Assembly (NCBI GenBank): GCA_001275005.1
Contig: JWZX01001282.1
Location: 1 to 32,243 of the forward strand
DNA: 32,243 bases
From: Chrysochromulina tobinii
Lineage: Eukaryota
Direction of reading: 5' to 3'
Below are positions 27,883-32,243 of the stretch, piece after piece (position 1 is the first letter of the stretch; every line of letters starts with the position of its first letter). A program made the translations under genes and the position numbers. Under the pieces are notes generated by a model that was not told the DNA's origin, searched no databases, and was given only the letters and a program-made list of their open reading frames with translations.

Positions 27883-28121
27883 CTACTGTTTTTTAACACA
27901 CATCACACACGTTTTAGTTGCCGCCACAAGTGTTAACATCATGCAGCCGAGCTCTGACCAGTGCAGGGTTTCGGCCGCTATGATACGTGTAAAGTGGCGA
28001 ACGTTTGCTGGATGGAGTTCCTACTCTTGGGGGGCAACTTCGTGCCGCACTTTTGCACTCACAATCGCTGCGAGCTTTCAATCGCCGCGCGCCCTCAATC
28101 CGCGCCACTGGTCGTGGCCTG

Positions 28122-29051
28122 ATGGGCAACTCTCAGTCGCAGCAGCAGCTCGACGAGACCAAGAGCCAGCTCGCCGCCGAGAAGAAGCGCAGTGCTCAGC
28201 TTGCCGATGAAAAGGCGCAGCTCAGCGCGAGCCTGGCCAGGGAGCAGCAGAAGCTGGCGGAGCAGCAGAGGGCGCACGACGAGGCGCTCGAGAGCAGCAG
28301 GCAGGAGGTGCAGCAGAAGCAGGAGGCTCTCGCCTACGCGATGAAGCGGCAGGAGATTGCCGAGGGCCTGCGCCGCTCGGACGCGCTGCTCGCCAAGCGG
28401 CTGCTGGATGCGCAACTGCGCCTGGGCGCTGAGGAGTACGCCGCCGTCGATCCCGTGACCAAGGCGGCAGCGATGGCCCTCTCCGTGCACGACGAGCGCG
28501 AGCTGCGCGAGATGCTTGCGCTGCAGACGAGCGACCTCGAGGCCCTCAAGCGTCGAGCTGCGGAGCTCGAGCGCGAGGCGATGGCTGCACGGCAGGGGGC
28601 GCTGACGCGCGAGCTGTGGGTGCCGTCGTCGCCGAGCGACTCGTGCGTCTCCGTCGCGGTGCGCAGCTCACGCGGCATCGGGATAGGCGGCTTCCGCGTC
28701 AAGCCCTTCTCGCCCACACCCGTCTCGCCCATGCTCGGCTTCCTCTACCAGAGTGCTGAGCTCGATCATCCTCGGTGGGCGGCCATGGGTGGCTCTCTGC
28801 TCCTCGCGCAGGGGGAGCTCGCGGTTCGCGCGGGCGTGTGCGCGCAGCCTGCGCCCAACCAGCAAGTCGCCGTCAGCTTTGATCACAACCTCCTGAGCGA
28901 ACGGCAGACGGACGGCCCAGCGCAGACGGGCCTCAGCTTCAGCTACAAGACGCGGCGCGACACGTTAACCGCACGTCTCTTTGGCACGATCGACCTCACG
29001 GAGGGCCCCAAACAGACCCGCAGCGGCCTCGAGATCATCTACGACATGTGA
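28122..29051 (+). CDS. Putatively N-myristoylated coiled-coil protein with C-terminal amphipathic beta-strand domain
   Basis: ATG 28122 MGNSQS fits MGxxxS. About 165 aa of heptad-rich helix, then alternating beta strands ending RSGLEIIYDM. Confidence 0.8.
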   Translation: MGNSQSQQQLDETKSQLAAEKKRSAQLADEKAQLSASLAREQQKLAEQQRAHDEALESSRQEVQQKQEALAYAMKRQEIAEGLRRSDALLAKRLLDAQLRLGAEEYAAVDPVTKAAAMALSVHDERELREMLALQTSDLEALKRRAAELEREAMAARQGALTRELWVPSSPSDSCVSVAVRSSRGIGIGGFRVKPFSPTPVSPMLGFLYQSAELDHPRWAAMGGSLLLAQGELAVRAGVCAQPAPNQQVAVSFDHNLLSERQTDGPAQTGLSFSYKTRRDTLTARLFGTIDLTEGPKQTRSGLEIIYDM

Positions 29052-29254
29052 GCGGCGCGCGCAAAGCGAGAGGCCGTTCGCCGGGGCGAGGGCGATGCAT
29101 TTCGTCTCGCGCGACGTGAACGCGACGTGTGCACGGCGGTACATGCGGCCGCGCGTCGCGTCGTATTTTATTCGCGGAGGTTTTCTGAAAAGCTGAAAAC
29201 CACCGCGCCTCTAGTACGCATTAATTATGCTGCGTGGGTGGAATACCATCGAGA

Positions 29255-29364
29255 CACTGAGTGATGACCTGTGCGCCAGCGCGGGTCGAACGGGTCCCAT
29301 TGAGGCATCCCCGGCGCGGTGCCGGGTGCGAGTCTCGCGCGTGCGGCGGTGACGGCTGACGGTG
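29255..29364 (+). ncRNA. Candidate box C/D snoRNA
   Basis: Box C GTGATGA 29261-29267, box D CTGA 29356-29359, terminal stem CACTG/CGGTG, and a 9-nt antisense to the LSU rRNA UGGGACCCG motif before a D'-like TTGA. Confidence 0.25.
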
Positions 29365-29926
29365 ACGCGACACGCGTCACGACGCGCTCACGTTCGGTTC
29401 ATGAAAGATGAATTCTCTTTCTCAATTCAACCGGAACCGCCGATTCCCAAGTCTAACATTCTATACCGGCAGAAGAGATGTCCGGCTCTTGACGCTGTTC
29501 ACGCTATCCCTCCCGCCCGCCGCCAACCCGGCCGCGCCATGCCGCTCCGTCTAATCGACCCACGACCAGAGTCCGGAAGGCGGACGGCGGACCGGTTGAC
29601 GCCCGTATCGGGCAATCGCCATCGGAACCACATGGGGACCGGACCCAATGGACGGGCCGAAGGAGCGAAGAGTGCTCGGGCCGCGGCGCGCGGGCGCCGG
29701 CGGACCGCGTCAGCGCTCACGCTCAGGCTCACGTGCCACGACACCTCCTCACCTCCTCCATCCTCCCCGCCCCACGCTCCAGCGAATCTGCATACGCGTT
29801 ACATCGGCCCTGGCCGCGTGGGCAGGGCCCGGCGCCTCCCCCCTGGACGCAGTGCAGGGCCCACGGCGCGTGCCACTTGCAGCAGCCTCTCCTCTTCACG
29901 CCATCGGCAACACCGCGGCTGCGCCG

Positions 29927-31759
29927 TCATAGGACGAGCGCCTCGACGAGTTCGTCAACGGCGCGCTCTTGCTGGAGAAAGTCAACCAGCGCCTCCCGCT
30001 CCGCAACCTCCTTGGCGAGCACTTTGCTCGGCGTCAGCTTGGCCGTAGGCGCCGAGCCCAGCGCCCCGAGCGCCTGCTTGTCGGTGCGCATGGACAGGCT
30101 GCTGGAGAAACCGGCTCGAGCGCTCTGTGGTGGCGGCGTGGAGGCCCACGTCTGCTCACGAACGTACTCGAGTGGTGGAGGAGGAGAGGAAGGCGGCGCG
30201 ACCTCCGACGAAGCGCCACTGCCGCCGATCCAATCGGCAGCATCTGGCGCGCGCACCGCCTCAGGGCCCTGTGGGGAGTGAGGGCGGCTGGGCGGCTGCG
30301 CGTCGAGCGCGTACTCGCACGCGGCCTCGAAGGTAGCGAGATAATAGCCGAGCTCGGAGTGCTGATGCTCGCGCGTCGCGAGGGATTTGGAGTACTCGAG
30401 GGCGGCGAAGACATGCGGCAGGGGCGTGTTCACAACAGTCCAGACGAGCAACGGCAGCAGAGAGTCAGCCCCTATCTGATCGGGACTGACATGGGCTGTG
30501 GCCGCCGCGGCGGAGTGCACGTGCCCCACGGCCCGGTAGACGCATAGCAGCATGTCGGCCGGTACAGACAGGAAGCAAAAGTCGGAGAGGACGGAGATAG
30601 CCGAAGGTGGAGGCGCGGGCCCTCCGCGAGTCGAGGCGCCGGCGGCACCGCCCGGGCCGCTGCCACCGCCACTGCCATCGCCACTACCACCGCCAGGACC
30701 ACCGCCAGTACCACCGCCAGTACCACCGCGACCGGCGCTGCCGGCGCCTCCCTCGAGGAAGCGACTCTCGACACCGAGCTGCTCAGGGGGCAGCTGGCGC
30801 ATCCAGCGCTGCTGCGCACACATCCGCTCGTCGCGTGTACGGTTGCGCGCGCTCGCCGCATTCCACAACGGCGCCTGCACAGCGGGGAAGAGTAGCCGCG
30901 CGGTGCAGACGCTCACCTGCGGCAGCAAGCCAGAAAGACCATGCTGCGCCACGACCAGCCGCGACAGGTACACCACGAAGTCGAGCACCACCTGCGGCGG
31001 CGGCGTGTACATCTCACCGGCTGCGTCAGCGCCCTTGCGCAGCTGTTTCTCAAAGAGATCGACCCACTGGTGGAGCAGGCGCCCCTCGCGCGCGCGCCGC
31101 GCGCAGACGGCGGCCTCGAAGGACTCCTGCAGGGCGGGTTGTGGCGCGTGGATCACAATCTGCGCGTCCTCGTACACGCACCGGCACCGGCCAAGCGCCT
31201 CCACGAGCAGATGCATGCGCGCCCGCTTATCGCTCAGTGCCTCCGCCTGCGCCTGCGCGACCGCGAGCCGGCCCTGCAGCTGCTCGCACAGAATCATGAG
31301 CCCGCGTTCGCGTCGCCGGAGCAGCATGATAGGCGACTCCGTCATCGCGCTAGGCAGCGGCCGCTCGTTCTCGCTAAAGCCGCCGCCGCCGCCTGGTATT
31401 GTCGTGTGCAGCGACATTGCCGGCGAGTCGGCGAGGTCGGCTACCTGAGCTCGCGTCTTTGCGAGTGCCTTACGCGCCTGCGCGAGCGTACGCTCGAGGC
31501 GCAGGCACGCTGGCTGGTGCGACGCACGCCACGTGCGCAGCGTGGCGGCGATCTGTGTCTCGGTGGGCTCCTGCAGCGGCGTGGAAGGTGACCCAAAGAG
31601 CTTGTTCCAGAAGCTGCGGCGCTTGACCTCCGGTGGCGGCGGCAGCGGCATCGAGTCCATGAAGCTTGAGCCCGCGAGGGTCGCACGCATGACCGCCAGC
31701 CGCGCTGCGGCCTCGGCCCCGAACACCGTGTCGCTGCGCGCGTACGGGTCCGTCGCCAT
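29927..31759 (-). CDS. VPS9-domain protein (Rab5-family GEF)
   Basis: IGADSLLPLLVWTVV and ELGYYLATFEAACEY are VPS9 hallmark motifs. N-terminal coiled coil and a Gly-rich insert. Confidence 0.92.
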   Translation of the reverse strand: MATDPYARSDTVFGAEAAARLAVMRATLAGSSFMDSMPLPPPPEVKRRSFWNKLFGSPSTPLQEPTETQIAATLRTWRASHQPACLRLERTLAQARKALAKTRAQVADLADSPAMSLHTTIPGGGGGFSENERPLPSAMTESPIMLLRRRERGLMILCEQLQGRLAVAQAQAEALSDKRARMHLLVEALGRCRCVYEDAQIVIHAPQPALQESFEAAVCARRAREGRLLHQWVDLFEKQLRKGADAAGEMYTPPPQVVLDFVVYLSRLVVAQHGLSGLLPQVSVCTARLLFPAVQAPLWNAASARNRTRDERMCAQQRWMRQLPPEQLGVESRFLEGGAGSAGRGGTGGGTGGGPGGGSGDGSGGGSGPGGAAGASTRGGPAPPPSAISVLSDFCFLSVPADMLLCVYRAVGHVHSAAAATAHVSPDQIGADSLLPLLVWTVVNTPLPHVFAALEYSKSLATREHQHSELGYYLATFEAACEYALDAQPPSRPHSPQGPEAVRAPDAADWIGGSGASSEVAPPSSPPPPLEYVREQTWASTPPPQSARAGFSSSLSMRTDKQALGALGSAPTAKLTPSKVLAKEVAEREALVDFLQQERAVDELVEALVL

Positions 31760-31994
31760 CTTTCACAAACTCCTCTCAATTCACTTTCTATGAATTCGCT
31801 ACGTTGGTGTGAAGGATCATGTGTCTCATATCGTCCTTTATTGTTTTCACGGTTGTGCTGCTTACATGTTGTGTGTATTCTGAGCGCGCTCGACTGCATG
31901 GCCATCGCGAGCGCCATGGCTCCGGGACGTCCGGCGAGGCGGCGACTTCGTTTTCAAGTTCGTTTTCCAGTCTGGCACTCAGTCTCTCCCGACT

Positions 31995-32045
31995 CACCGA
32001 ACGCTGACCGAACGCGACCTAAACGCGACCAAACTGACCGAACGC
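31995..32045. repeat. Short degenerate tandem GACCGAACGC-type motifs upstream of VPS9
   Basis: CACCGAACGC-TGACCGAACGC-GACCTAAACGC-GACCAAAC-TGACCGAACGC. Confidence 0.7.
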
Positions 32046-32126
32046 CGTTTCGTGGCCTTTACCAATCATAAGTAATTCATGAATATGGATATGAATACAC
32101 ACATCTATCACCCCCAACGAGGGTTA

Positions 32127-32243
32127 GGGGGGGGTTGTTATCGAGTTTGGGGGGGTTGTTATCAGGATACGTATCCTGATGTATCGTGATGTATCCTGCG
32201 TGTATCCTGAAGGATACATGTATCCCTAATGTATCCTGATGTA
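32127..32243. repeat. Palindromic GTATCCTGAT/GGATAC repeat array, probable end of an interspersed element (truncated by the window)
   Basis: G7-8TTGTTATC twice (32127-32142, 32149-32163); perfect 20-bp palindrome ATCAGGATACGTATCCTGAT at 32161-32180; GGATACATGTATCC at 32212-32225; ~10-bp TGTATCCTGA units. Confidence 0.8.

Noticed and set aside
29257..29291. Hammerhead ribozyme-like CTGAGTGA...stem...GAAC
   Set aside because: The core deviates from CUGANGA/GAAA, and no stems I and III with an NUH site were found.
29362..29926. ORF 29362-30048 (+) and neighbours
   Set aside because: No recognisable domain, overlaps the VPS9 3' end, and has a composition typical of non-coding GC-rich DNA.
32120..32129. 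True telomere
   Set aside because: Fewer than two TTAGGG units, followed by non-telomeric sequence.

Overview
GC-rich, gene-dense, intron-poor eukaryotic nuclear DNA, most consistent with a haptophyte alga (Chrysochromulina-like; inferred from repeat and gene-family style, not verified). It holds about 14 protein genes: a partial secreted Cys/Pro-rich protein, a SNF1/AMPK-related kinase, a GNAT-like protein, TRM61, an alpha/alpha-toroid protein, a spliced Myb/Cys-rich protein, an RNA-binding RING ligase, a SAP-domain protein, a 3238-aa NACHT-LRR protein, an SDR, a secreted glycoprotein, a myristoylated coiled-coil/beta-strand protein, a VPS9 GEF and one hypothetical. There is also one solitary 5S rRNA gene and a palindromic repeat at the right edge. 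The most interesting items are: (1) an NLR-like giant with a Tpt1/KptA-like ADP-ribosyltransferase domain and a pseudokinase upstream of the NACHT; (2) a dsRBD with a CCCH finger inserted, followed by LOTUS-like, SAM-like and RING domains; (3) traces of intron formation by local duplication, including an antisense splice-acceptor cassette inside the NLR ORF; (4) an unexplained structured element divergent from the 5S gene. All domain calls are by eye from motifs; no searches were run.
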